Assembly: GCA_046563655.1 (NCBI GenBank)
Contig: CM102285.1
Span: 2,666,001 to 2,730,000 of the forward strand
DNA length: 64,000 nt
Source: Yuukianura sp. NJ FZ-2021
Taxonomy: Eukaryota
Direction: 5' to 3'
Made by a program: the position numbers and the translations under genes. Each line of letters opens with the position of its first letter. Positions within the stretch are counted from its first letter, which is position 1. Below the pieces are notes generated by a model. It was not told where the DNA came from. It saw nothing but the letters and a program-made list of their open reading frames with translations, and ran no database searches. This document shows, in pieces, positions 1 through 13,751 of the stretch.

Positions 1-3000
1 AAGGGAAATCACAAAATTTGAAGTTTCCCGGAAACTAATTTATTTCAAAAGTATTTTTCAATCAAAATTGTCCGTGCATTTTTATATTTTTTTACCAACA
101 AAAAATTGTATAACCTCAAGCAAGCCTGCCTGCTCCGTGTCGATAACGGTTCAAGTTTTCAATTCCAAGTCGGAATTAAATAAATTCAATCTTGGCAGGA
201 AAATTAAAATTTTTGAATCAATAAAGTCCCTGTTTTAGAATTCGGTTTTCTCGAAACGAGAACTTTAGAAAGTGAAATTGAAACCGCACATATGACATCT
301 GAAAACGAGTCGGAAGTGACGAAAAGTTTTAAATTTTCACCATAAAATAATTATTGCTTTAGCTTCCTGTGCTCAAGTTTTAAAAGTGTGCGGGAGAAAG
401 TTTTTGAACTCCCAGAGATGAAAAGTACACGAAGCATGGACCCTTTGTCAAAATGGATTGAATTTTCTGAAAATGTTGAAGAAAAACTTTCCTCAAAATT
501 TTGAAGTTGCTTAAAAACTTTTTTTTATAGAAAAGTTTTTAATAACTGGATTTAATGTCCTAGTTTTGCTTTTGTTCCTTCCATTCTCTTTTTCTTTCCC
601 TGATGAATCCAAATTCAAAATTTTGTTGGGAAATTCAAAAGGGAAAACTTTTTTGACTTAATCCAATTCGTTTTAATTGTTATTGTAATCAAGGATCTCA
701 AATTACTTTCAAAGAAAACTCACTTTTGTAAAGAAATAAACTTTCAACACAATCCTCTTTTCCCTGTGAATAACAAAAACACAAGTTTCTTTTTGCTTTC
801 TCCAAGGCACTCTGTTCTCCATTTTCAAAATACAAAAATAAATGTGTTCCTTTTCAAAAGAAAAACGAAATCTCTCTGTAGAGGCTGGAATTTAACACTG
901 GCGCCAATAAAAGTTCAAGTTGCTTGGAGCGCGTAGATTTAAAAGCAGTTGAGTTCCTTTTATGACGCTTTCATTTGATCAGGTTTCAATGATTCTTGGG
1001 TTTCTTTTTTGGCAATGGTTCAGATGAGTGGCCATTTGAAGAAGGAATTTAATTCAATTGTCTTTTGACCAGCGCGCGCTTTTTTGAGTTTACTGGAATT
1101 CGTTTCATTGGTTTTTGTTTCTCCGATTTCTGGTTCAAATGGGCCTCGTAATTTGAAAAGGAAGATCAAAGCGTTTTGCAGTGCTCAAATAACCACAGAA
1201 AACACCGTACTTCTTCAAGTGTCGTTCCCAATTCGAATTTGAAACTTTGAAATGAGGGAATTTCAAAAAATTCAAAATTGGCGCGGTTTCCACTTTCTTT
1301 GCAAATTAAGGATTTCTGTGGCTTTTGTAGTTTTTTTTTAAAACAACAATCTACGGCAGTTAAAAAAAATCAAAATTGAAATGAGTTTCAAGTTGAAGTT
1401 ATATTCTATTTTGTTCACAACATCGTCTGTTGATGACCAAAACCAATTTTGGTTTGTTTTGATTTTCCGTTTGAACAAATATTTGGAGTTTTTAATTCAA
1501 AATTTTTAAGAAATATTTGCCTTGTACTAATAAAAAAAAGTTACTCGCAATTGCCAAATGTAATTTTTTACCTACAGTTGCTTCTCTTAGTTTCAGCTTT
1601 TATTTATTTATTTTTTGTTCATGAAATAAAAAGTAGCCGTGAAGGTTAGATTAATAAGAAGATGATTAAAACTGTCTCGTCAGAAATTTAATTAAAGTGA
1701 AAGTGCGGATGACATGAGCTCAGCTCCTTTTTTAATTTACTTTTTCATAAGTACGCAACAGTTCATCCCATCAACGTTCAAAGTATCCTTCATCAAGGCT
1801 CAAAGTCAAGCTTCACTTTCACTCTTTAATTGTCTTTCAAATTCTCAGAAAATTCAGTGTTCAACGTAAATGTACACGTCGGCTGCCGAAGGTTATCAGA
1901 TTAGACTTCTTAAGTTTTTTGTTCAATCAAAAGTTGAGGCTTCTCAATTTTAAAACTTTACTGACAATTAATAATTGATTTTGAGCAGAAGATTTAGCTG
2001 GATATTTGAGATAGACAATTGAAACTAAAGTTCATCTCGCAAGAACGTTGTAGTCGACACGACTGTGACGTTCACAGTAACTTACGGGTGGTCATTATGT
2101 CTGCGTGAACATACTCTGGGGTACTGAAAAACGGGATTTTCAAAAACTTTTCGGATTTGGGACAACTTTACACAAGTGATTCTGGGAATTGGTTAACGGT
2201 TTTCAACGTCTCGGTTAAAACAAGCAACAATTATTCCAGTACGCTTATTATTTTCAATTTTGTAAGTCAAGTAAATTTCGAGTTTTGTACATAACTGACT
2301 TTCGTAACACAAATACCAAAACTGCATAATATTTTGGAAAACTGAACGACGCAATACGCTAGTCGTTACGCAAAAAATTCCAATTGACCTTGGCTACAAT
2401 TTTGTAAAGCTTTCATTAAAAACATGAGAAGTGAGCAGAACCTATTTTCCAAGTTTGCAGAAATGTACTATGTAAAATGAAAAAAAAAATCGTGATTTTT
2501 TTTTTCTGCTTATAAAAAATGAGTTTTTGCTACATTGACAGTTTCAATTCGTTTCCGAAATCTGCCTACTCTGATTTGGCCAAGCTCCCTTCTGATCTTT
2601 GAAGGAAAATGAAATTCATGGAAATGAAACCTTGTCAAGACTCTCTCTAACCCTAGGATGATTGGAAGTTTGCCTAGTGCACGAAAGCATTGTCCAGATT
2701 CCTTTTCAAAGTGAGCGACATTGTCGTGGAGCCTTCCAGTGAAAAGAGTGTCAAAGTCAACTTGAACTTTTCGTTCGATTCCAATAATAGGCACAATAAG
2801 AATAGGGAACATAGCGGACAAAGGCTGAGCGGAAGGGTGAAAGGGCGGTTGCCATGACAACAGCCCTTCCAGGCTTTTTAGGAACCTTCCAGCACCACTT
2901 TCTGTGCACATTGATTAATCTTTCGACATAGAGGAGGGGAAGGGGGCTTTTCACTTTATTCTTCAACCTCCCTTTCCATAAAAGTTGTTATTACCTTAAG

Positions 3001-6000
3001 CAGGATATTAAATTATGAGCTAATGGCTCTTTACGCCAGGCTTCCAATTAGTATCAAAGCATGTGTGCTCCGGTCTTAAAAACGAGCGTGCTTTCTAAGT
3101 ACTGCCAAACTTCCCTCCAAAGCACTCTTTGGTAGAATACTGCTCCACTGATTATTACTTTTTAGAATAACGAAAATGTGAACAAGTTGCTACTTTGCTT
3201 CCATACTTTCATTTTTTTTATTAACGTTTTCCAGTTTTTGTCGATTATAATCAATTATTTTTTAAATCTAAAATACCTATTCCCGGGACAGGTTTAAAAA
3301 ATTATTACACGTCTTTCTATTTTCCTTGAGTATTTTAGAATAATTTGCTACTTTTTGCATAGGCTGATGTGGTTCATCGGTGAATCAACAAGAGTGGTAT
3401 TAATCGATAAAATCGGAGTGAGTGAGACGCAGCAATAACAGTGTTCAGTGTTCCAATTTATATTAACTATAGCTAGTTTTATTACACCAGGTTCAATTTT
3501 GTCCATGATGGATTTTAGCGGTACTAATCGACAAAAATTGACCTGATTGAAACTCAGTAGTGAATGAGTACTGGAGTTTTGTGTTTCGTTTTATTTGAAG
3601 TAGGCGCGTTTGTACAATGTGTTATTGAAACGTCGCCTTTGAGCCGTGGAGTGGTTGCAGTGCTGGGCAACGAGAGAAAAGTACTAGTAAAGAGCTCATC
3701 CATCATAGTTTTAGCACTCATGGAAGTGACGTTGTTTGGGCGTTATGGGAGGCAGGAAGGAGGTGAGATCCGGAGAATACTTCTTTGAAACCTCCCGCGT
3801 CCAATCCCTTTGGTCCTCACATGCCAAATAACTTCACGAGAGATTGGATCGCCTTCGTCTGTCCGCTTTTCCCTGCGAAGCCCAGCTCCTGCCTGGGATT
3901 AACTTTCTTTTCTACTTCCTCTTCCCACTTTCTTCCGTTCCGTTGAGTTGATGAAAAGTTCTTTCCCTCGCTTTGTAAGGCCACCTTAAGCACTTAATTC
4001 CACCATCGTCGTAAAATAATTCCTGCTTTAGCCTGTGATGGACCAAAACCCAACCTAACTTTAGAAAATATACACCAACTTAGAAAGTAGGAGAAAGCAG
4101 GTGAGACTCAGATAGTAAAAGGACTTATGACACAACTGAACTTTGCGGCTCACGTCTGTAAGCAAGTGGAGCAGCATTTCGTGCCACTTCTGAACGCAAC
4201 GTTATGAACCTAACATAATTCCTTCGTGAGCTAACCCTGCATAACTTTACTATATTTATGCATAAACCTAACTTTCTGTAAGCTAATTTGGTTAGACTTC
4301 AACCAATATTATGTTATGTTTATAAAACAGTATAATATAAAAAATACATATAACAGTAAGGTCGGTACGTTCCAGTTTATGAGTAGCCGGCCTTTACTAT
4401 TTAGAAACTTGAAGTTGAGGGAAAATTTTGGCTTTTCGGGAAGAATCAGGTAAGAAAATAAATAAAAGGAGAAAAGCGTAAAGACGTTTTCTGTGCAAAG
4501 TGTGGAGAAAGTAAGCAGATGAATCCCATCGTCGTCGCAATTTTGAATTCGCTGAAGCGGCAACCGGAAAACGGAAATTTTCTAGAACATTCGCGGGCTT
4601 TTCTTAGGCAGGAGAAAGGTTCTGGGTTTTGCTCTTTTCTGCTATTGGCTGATTTTCTTATAAACCAAGTGCGTGAAGGAAATTCATTCCACATGATAAA
4701 TATCAAATTCCTTTTTTCTTTCGCATGCCAATTTATGAGAATGATGATGGCGACAAAAAGAAATGAAAATTTGATTCAAAATTCAAAATTTCAAATTTGA
4801 AACTTGAGGTGAGAGGAAAATAGTCCATGAAATAAAATCCATCAAAATCAAATTCAAAATTGTCAACTTTCTTTGCGACAGCACAGTTCTCCTGTTGAAT
4901 TTTTAAAATTAACTTCAATGTGAGCATTTTTTTAAATTGTGTGACTTTGAAGAAAGTTTTTGAACTTTTTTTAAAAATGAGCCAGTCATTTCTAAAATTT
5001 GACTAAAAAGGCCTTTCAATTATAAATTTCTTTCACATGCGACAGCTTCTGGTTTTCCGAAGAAGAAAAAACCACTTTTTGTTAGACAAAATTCGTTTTT
5101 GGAAGACAAAGAGCAGAAATTCGTTTTTGAGTTTGAGAAGACAAAGCGACTAAATTCGTCGTTTTGTCACTTTCAAAAATGTTGGAAAAGGCGTGAAAGC
5201 GGCGCGGTTTTTCAAAATGAGAAAACCAGGAAGACAGATGCCTGTAATTACTTTATTTCAACTTCCACTTCGTCAACTCTTAAAGTAATTACACACTTTC
5301 TGAATTCTCCAAAAAACCACACTCCAATTCCATTTTCTCCCATTATTCATTGGACCAGAGCTGAAAATCTTTGTTCTTTTCACACCACCACAACATCATC
5401 AGCACTTTCACTTTCGTTGTAGTTTTAAATTAGAAAACTGCCGCCTCCGCTTGGTTAGTTAACAGGCACAAAGTTCTCGAAAGTGATCAGGTAGAAGCTC
5501 AAGTGAATACCTGGAAATTGATGCTTTTCAACTTTTTTAATTTAAATTTTCCTGCTCGCTCTCTCCCTTTTGAACCTGTTGAGTGTATTAAATTTCACTC
5601 AAAGTCTTAATTAAACTTGCCTTCTCAAAGTTGCCATCAAGTGAATGAAAGAAGCAGTTTGAAGTGAACGACGAACGTGAGAAGCGAATAACGTTTTCCG
5701 GGAATTTTTTACTTTTAGAAAACGGTTTGTAGAAAGCAATTTCTGAGCAACTTGGCGGGGGCGGAGTACTTTGAGTGGGAGTACATAGAACAAAAAACAT
5801 TTTGAGTTTGTGTTTGTTGATTCAAGGAACTTTTAATTTCCACTAAACTTGAACAACTACTACCATCAACATAAAAGCAAACTTTGAACATTTTGTACAT
5901 ATAAAATATTTTGTTTGTGAGTTGAACAAGGTTAATATCAGGCTAGTGGCGAAAACGTTCATAGAAACTATGAACCTTTAGCTCCGTGTAGGCGCCGAAG

Positions 6001-9000
6001 TTATTTGAACTGTCATTGCGAAGTAATTTCACAGAAATTCTGACAAATAGATATTTATTATTACTTTCTAAAAAAGCCAACAAAAAAGGAAACAAAATAG
6101 AGATGGATTGGGAAACGATTTTGAAAATAGAAAGCACAAAAGTGCTTGGAAAGTTTTTCTTTCTAAAAAAATTTTCGGGTGACAGGAGTATTTCAGCAGG
6201 AAATTTCCGTTTTTTGTCGACGTCTAATAATTAATCATGAGCCGTTAGCAACTCCTTTCAGTACATCGAGAGCCTCGTGTGTCATTAGTACAGCGGGAAG
6301 TGAAATTGGGGTTTGGAAATTTACTTTCACTTTTTGCAATTTCGGAGTTAAAAGGTTGTAGTCTAAGCCGACAACTATTTAATGTTGGTTACGGAACCAA
6401 AATATTTAAAAAAAAATACATCAAGAATACATGCAAAAAACTTTTGTCTGGTGATATTTTTATGAAAGGCTGAATTCTAGTTTTGTGAGAAATGAAAATG
6501 GCGGCGCACAACTCGAAAAATTGTACATGAAGTATAGGGCTTACAACGTTGCTAAGCAGGGAGCAGGTGGAGGAAATCTTTGAAAATAAAAAAGGCTAAC
6601 GATTCTTTCTTTTTATTACAAAATTGGAACATATGAGACTCCTTAAATTTATGAGGTTGACTATTCACGTAGAAAATTAAGCGAATGTGTAAGGGGTGGG
6701 GTGAGGTGGGAAGAAAAGTGCGCCAGGTTCAAATAAATGAAAAAAGAATGTGATGAAAATATCTTTCTTTATTCATTCTGCTTAAAAAGAGACCTGTTCT
6801 AGTCTTTTCCCCAAGTAGAAAAGGAAATTGAAGGAGAGAAAACATTTCTATCTTTCAGTTTTGCTTTATTTGTTTTCCACAAAAGTAGTCAATGTAAATA
6901 AAGAAAACGAGAGCGGAAAAATTCATTTTGAATTTCAAATTCAAAGTTGAAACGTCTCTTCTGCGTCTAAATAAAAAAAAAAGGAAGCGCGGGAAGAAAA
7001 GTGGAAGAAAATTCAAACTTTTTAAAACCAAGTAAGATGGAACATTTAAGTTACTTTATATAGATTTAGTCCTCAGATGTTATTTTCTTCGTCCAAGAAG
7101 AAAGCGAGAAAAAACAGCTTTTTGCAACTCCATCTCTCGAAATATTAATCCCAATTTTAATCCGGGTTTCCAGAATTTTAATTACTGTCGAAACAAAACC
7201 TTTGAGTTGGATTCGCTTTGAAAATCCTATGAGCTTAGCCTCTTAGCTGTAAGATTTTTTTGCTACTGTCGAGAAGAAACTCAAAATGTTCGTTGTAGTT
7301 TTCCATAACATAATGTATCAAAGTACATACGAATACATGCGAAATTGCATTTTTTTTTGTTCCAGCAAACAAAAGGATGCTAAAAAATATAAGAAAAACT
7401 GACAATTAATTGTTTAATCTTAGTTAATTTAAAGGTTTAGATAGTAACGTAAAACAGTTCTGACAAAAAAATCTATTAAGTTTTGAAAATTGGCGGGTCA
7501 AAACGCGATCAATTTGGAATAACGGTTTTCTTTAGTCTTTAACTTTGAAGCCACCATAAAGTTCCATTGAGGTAAAAAGTCCTTTGCTAAAATTATGTTC
7601 GTGGAACCTACAGAGAGATTAGCGTAATTTTAAAAAGACTTTTGAATCTTTAATCTTGTCCAAGTGGGTCCCCTGTGTACACTCCGTTCGAACTCTCTGG
7701 CGGCGGGAAAATCAAATGTGTGTGGGTCTCCTATAGGAGAGAAAGTGGAGAAAGGAAGCGGGATCTGCATTCGAGGAAAATCTAATTAAAACTAGAAAAG
7801 TAGCTTCCCAGCACTTAGCAACTCCCGTTTGATCTTCATCATCACCAGAACCTGAACCCCACTCTTCCCCCGCCCCTCGTCTGCTTTATGCATTAACACA
7901 CATTACCAAAGGGCTCTCACCCACCCAGAGGAGGAGGGTTGGGGGAGATTAAATTAGTTTTCTAAAGTGTGTCCTCACGCGGACTTTCTCTTATGCCGCG
8001 AGGTGAAAGTTCGCAACGCTCCATGTAATACAAGGAGAAGCACAAATTTTCAAAAACACATTTTGGAAAATTTGACTCATCCATCATGGGCATCGAACCG
8101 AGAAGGAAATGTTTCCAAAGAACATTTTCGAACTTTGATAAGAGTCTTCTCAAAACCAAAAACAAAGTTGACATACACCCGGGACCCTTCGAAAATCCAA
8201 AGTCACCTTATGTCCTCTTACGCAAACAAAACGTATCACATCGTAAGCACCAGCTTCAAAGTTTTCAAAAACTTTATGCCGCCAAAAGTGGATACTAAAA
8301 TTCTGCTAGTTTGATACCAACTGTATTTTCCAGAAAACACAACAAGAATGTTACGTTCTTTGTACGTTTTTTGGAAAATATTCTTAGAAAGGCCGGTTTT
8401 GGTTGAGCTTTTTTATAGTTTGATTTTCATGAACAATGGAAAATTGACGACTTAGAATTTTGAGAATTTTTTTTGCGTGTGAAAATGGCTGAAACGTGCT
8501 AATTTCAAATTTCAAAATAAAACGCAGTAGTTGTCCGCATAAATTACAGCGTTAGTGTAAGTTCCAGGAGTGTTTCTGGCCTAGGTTGGATGGTAATGCT
8601 GATGAAAGTGAAACGTAAATTGCTTTATCTCTGGAAGTTGTCATAACGTATTTAGTAGAACGTAAAGAGTCTCCTAATGTATTGGACCTCGTAGTGCACT
8701 AAAAATCTAGTAGATGGGTGTGCTGTGCGATAAGGACTCAACTGCCCTGCCATTGGAATGTTCCTGAGCTTTAACAGAGGAAGGCCATAAACCGATTTAT
8801 AACCAAAACAAGATCCGTCTCTGATAAGAACCTAACTTTCTCCTTTTCTCGGTCTGTCTTCCGTCCTAACTCTCAATGTCCAGAAACTTCCACTTCGAAT
8901 GAGGAGGCTTTGGTCATAAAGATTGATCGGGGAGGTCTCCCACAACAACTTGCGACAGTATCTCCATCCATTTCAACTTAACTACAGGGATACTTGCTTT

Positions 9001-12000
9001 GAAATCAGTTGAGACTCTCAGCTCAACAGCAATTTACTCAACAACATTAGATCAACACCTACCGTTTAACTTTGAATAGAACCATCGATTGGCAAAAAAT
9101 TCGTGAAAATTGAAATAGACAATTATGCATCACAAACTATAAATGCAAAGCACCCATTCACTTACCTCCTAAAATTCTTTGTAAAGTTGATTTGAATGCG
9201 GAAATAAATAAACACATCTATGTATTACTTCAAAAAAACTTTGGGTTGAAAGTGAAATACGATGGTGAAATGAATTTTGTGTAACCAAAAACTGGAATTC
9301 ATAAATTTATATTTTACAAACGTTTTTACACTGTTGACGTAATTTCTGTTGACATTTTGGGTTGTGGAATATTTTGAAGTCTGTAGTAGCTCCAAACGTC
9401 TTTGGACGAGATGAAACTGACCAGAGAACTTTCTTTCTGAGAAAGTGGAGAGAAGGGTAGTGAGACAAGTCGAGAGAGTGGGATTGGAAATGGAGAAGAA
9501 TTGAACCAATCACTCAAAATCTTTTTTTTCTGGCTCTCTTTTCAAATTATACCGCCAACGTGTATGGACCAAGTGGGTAGGAGAGGGGGGAGAGGGTAGG
9601 GAGCTGGAAAAAGGAAGAAGAAAGGAATGAAAATGAAGTAATCAAAGTTCCATTTTCTTCTTCAAGTGAAAGTTTTTCCATGTTGAATTGAAGGAAGTGG
9701 AAGGTGGGGGTGGGGAGGGAAAGGTGAGGGGTCTGTATGAAACTGGTAACAAAGAGAAGTGGGAGGAGGGGGAGTGAGGTGTGGAGGGGGTGGGGGATAT
9801 GAGTAACAAACAAAGAGGAAAGTTCCCGCCTGACCAGTTCCCTCCGAATCTTCAAATCTTGAAGAGACTCGATTCGTTTTTTAGAGAGTTTTTTTGAAAA
9901 AAAAAGGAGAAAAAAATGGATAAAGTGTTTTCTGGAACTGTTCATTTTCACCTAGAGATTGAAGAAGTTGATTATCTTGAATTCAGGCGGGAAAAAATAC
10001 AATTTCCCGCCCTCTGGACCTTTACAATTTTTAGCTCTTTTTTCCACTTTACTTGCATCATAACCCAAAAACTCTAATAAAATCAACCATGAATCCAATT
10101 TAGAATTGATCCAAAAAAAAAAACATTAGAAACTCTCAAATTTCAAGTTTTTAAAATAATATCCGCTTGTAAAAAATATCGGTAAATGAGTTTTTATATC
10201 CATGAAAATTTGATTTTCTCTGTTAAAATTTTGAAAAAAGAAAACCAAAGAAATCAAAACAACTTTCAGCTCAAGTATTCTCTTTTCTAATGACCAAATA
10301 TATTTTTCCATAAAAATACAAAAACTATTGCCGTGTTTTTCGAAAAGTGGACATAAAATGGAACATTTTGAGCCAATCAGGAGTTGCTTTTTAACTCCAC
10401 CTTTTTAGGCTCCAATAAATTGAGGTGGTGAAAGTTTTAGTACGTGGAGACCACACCCAAGGAGAGAAACTTTCGAGTGCCCAGTCATATGGGAGGTAAA
10501 ACCTTAGCAGTTAGGTAATGTTAGGAGCCTATAACGTCTCCATATGTACCACCATAAAATATGGACACACCTGGAGAACCATTAAAACAGTTCTTGACTC
10601 TTGAATTTCACTCCACTTGAAAATTTTGCCTCCACTATGTTACCGTTGTCAGGCTATACTTCGGTTGGCATGGAACTGTAACGATGGAGTAACATAACAA
10701 GGTCTAAGCTTTTCCTGGAATCACTTTCTCTCTCCACTTGAAATGTGATCCAACTTGTGTAAAGTGTAACAAAAATATCCATCTTGAACTATCGTAAAAA
10801 AGTGAAGCGAAATGTACTTATACTGAAGAGGGAGTAACTATATAGTTCTTCTTTTTTTTCGAAATCGATCAGAAACCCAAGATTTTTCAATTCTTTATCT
10901 TTTCAACACTTTCTCCCTCTGGTCTCGGGATTTTAGATTTTCGGTTTAAGTGAACAGGAAAAAAAAGTTTGTTTGGAGAAAGTTTCTTTTAGTAAAGTTT
11001 GGGTTTTTCAAAAATCTTCGATTTCGCCTGTTGTTGTTGTGTTGGCCCTGTTTTGGAATTGGATTTTTAAAGCTCACGAAAAGAGAAAAGGGAAATGACA
11101 GATCAAAACTTTTTATTTTTTTTTCAAAAGCAATTTTTTCGAATTTTTTCGTTTTGTAGTGAATACATTTCCCATTAGGAAGGAAAGTTGCCTCCTCCAA
11201 AACCATTATCATTTTGCATTGGATCAGATGGAAAGACAAGGCACTTAAAACGAAGACTAGAACTTAGGAACGCAAATGCTTTAGAAGCAGTCTACTAGTC
11301 AACAGAAACTTCACATCAAATTCACTTTTAAAATTGCCTCCACTTTCTTTTGACTCTAATCTCAGTCGAGGGAGTTCTTTATATGCCGCCTGTCCTCAGT
11401 ACAATGACATTCCTTCTAGAACTGCGTGACTTCGGGCCACACGGAGCTCACTGTAGACTTTGCCTACGCACCGCTTTTAAATCTCCCGAATTCAACCGAC
11501 GGCATGTTTAAATACTGTTCTCGAGCTTGTATTTGACAAAAATGTTTAATATGATTAATTTAGTTCATTATATGAAAATTGGTTTTTGTTTCAATTCATT
11601 GCTCATGTACACATCGAACCAATAGTACAAACCATTCCATTTTAACTCCACAAAGTAACAACCACTAACACATCAGATGCTATATTTAAAAAAAATATTA
11701 TTAAAACGTTTCTTATGAAATAGTAGCGCTAGGTTATGTTAATTTTTGGAAAATTGGCGTTAGAGTTAAATTTTAAAATCCAACAGGTCTTTTAAATCAC
11801 CCTAATATGCGATGCAAGCTGCATGAGCAGCCGTTTCAAAGAATTAGTAAAAGAAATGTTATGAAAAATAATTTGGCGAAATTATTACAGATAAGAATGT
11901 GTTCTGTAGGAAATCTTATGTTTGGAATGATTATATCAGTACTCGACTTTTAGTATAACTTGTGTTAAAGTAAATCCCGAACCCTGGATGGCAAGACGAA

Positions 12001-12515
12001 AGTGTTGGTGGTAGTTGCACTGACGAGATGAGATTTTGCAGCTTCCGGGAACTGTTCAAACCCCTCCTACATCCCGCTTTTAAAAGGTTTTCAACTTCGG
12101 TGCAGCGCGATTTTTAAAAAGTGGAATATAAAGAAAAAAGAAAACAAAAAATATGAATAGCGGCGGTACTTTTACCAATTTTTCATATTTGGCAGCAAAC
12201 TCAAAAATAAAAGCTCCTAGGATCGTTGTCATTATGTTCGTGGACCTCATGTTGACTCATGTCAATTACTGGTCATTTGAATCCTATGATGGACGACACA
12301 GTCACGTTATCAAAAATGCAAAAACTGGTTATCTAATAAATCAAAAGTAAAATACGAAATGAATTCAACGCCACTGTCACCATCACCAACCTGTTTAGTT
12401 TTTGTTTTTTATCCTACCGTGATTTCAACTTCTGTAAAGCCAAACTTTTTCCAATGTAAACTCAAAACCAAATTTAAAAATTCATTTCAAAAATTTAGCC
12501 AAAAATTTTGTAATT

Positions 12516-13751
12516 CTATTTCTTCTTTTTTAAAGCGTTGATTAACAATGTGGATTTTCGTGGGTTGAGTTGATGAATTTGGTGAACAATTCCAGCAGCA
12601 AGAGTCATGCTCATCTTGACCTCTTTTTCTTTAAAATCGTCCCCGGGGGGAACATAAACCGTGGGACGAGGCAATTCCAATTGTACTGCAGTGTCTTCCT
12701 GCTTCAACCACGCATGAGATAGAACCTCTTTCGCTGTTGGCCTTTGCGCAGGTTTCAAATTGAAGCAATTTAGTATAAGGCCGAGACACTCCTTTGGCAG
12801 AGATTTGCTAGCTGTAGGCCAAACTTCACTGCGTCTCAGTCCAGCATGGTGCTGCTTGAGTAATTTCGAAGGTTTTGTGGCGGGAAACGGGTAAACCCGA
12901 GTCATCATATAAATCAAAATGACGCCGAGACACCAAACGTCTCCCTTTGTAGAGTCGTACGGAATTCCCGCCAAAATCTCTGGTGGAACGTAGTAAGTTG
13001 ACCCACAAGTGGTTCGATTCAAAACTTGGCGGGAAAAAAGTGTCGCGAAATCAAATCCCGTCAGTCGAACGTCCCGCGTTCCCGTAATCAAAATGTTTCT
13101 GACTGTAAGATTCCGATGACTAATTCCATTTGAGTGGCAATGGACAACGGCTTCCACAAGCTGACGGAACCAGTATTTTGCATGGTCAGGTGACAGCGAT
13201 CCATGGCGCCTGTAATAAATTGACAAAAATTGTAAAAACTCTGGACAAATTTTGAAAAATTACAAAAATAAAAACATACCTTAGGAAATCAAACAAATTT
13301 CCAAGTTCACAAGGACCGAGAAACAGAAAATAACGAAACTCTGATGCGAGGATGCTGTGCAGAGAAACGATGTGCGCATGAGTCAAGCGGCTCAGAATTT
13401 CCAATTGCATCGGAAGCAATTTTCGGGCATAGAGATGTGGCAGCGAATCCTTGCGAATAATTTTGCAAACTAACGGTACTGGCTCATGTAATGCAGTCCC
13501 AGCATTTGCTTTATCCTCGGGTTCCTTGTAAACAGCTTTACAAATCTGAGAGTAGAGAAAACAACGCACAAGCGTTCCAATTTTTGAAAAGCGCTAAAAA
13601 ATTTTTTACAAAAATTTTTAACACTTTTTTTGCTTACTTTGGAAAATTGGCCCTCCTGAAAACATGATCCGATTGTATATCCCTGTGCTTGTAAAGCCTC
13701 TAACTCTTTTTTATTTGTATCATGGATTTGGCGGGAACGATCTTGATCCAT
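12516..13751 (-). CDS. Testis-specific Ser/Thr kinase (TSSK)-like protein, probable pseudokinase, ~357 aa, 3 exons
   Basis: Exons 13751-13638, 13545-13280, 13209-12516 join in frame at GT-AG sites. TSSK-like sequence: LQAQGYTIG, LVCKII, KLLPMQLEIL, TTCGSTYYVPPEILAGIPYD, GDVWCLGVILIYM, RPTAKEVLSHAW. Catalytic motifs altered (HRN, GFD). Confidence 0.88.

Noticed and set aside
1449..11239. Short ORFs in the first 12 kb (e.g. 2510-2911, 7967-8314, 9547-9951)
   Set aside because: F/K/L/S-rich composition typical of translated AT-rich non-coding DNA; no motifs or consistent splice chains.
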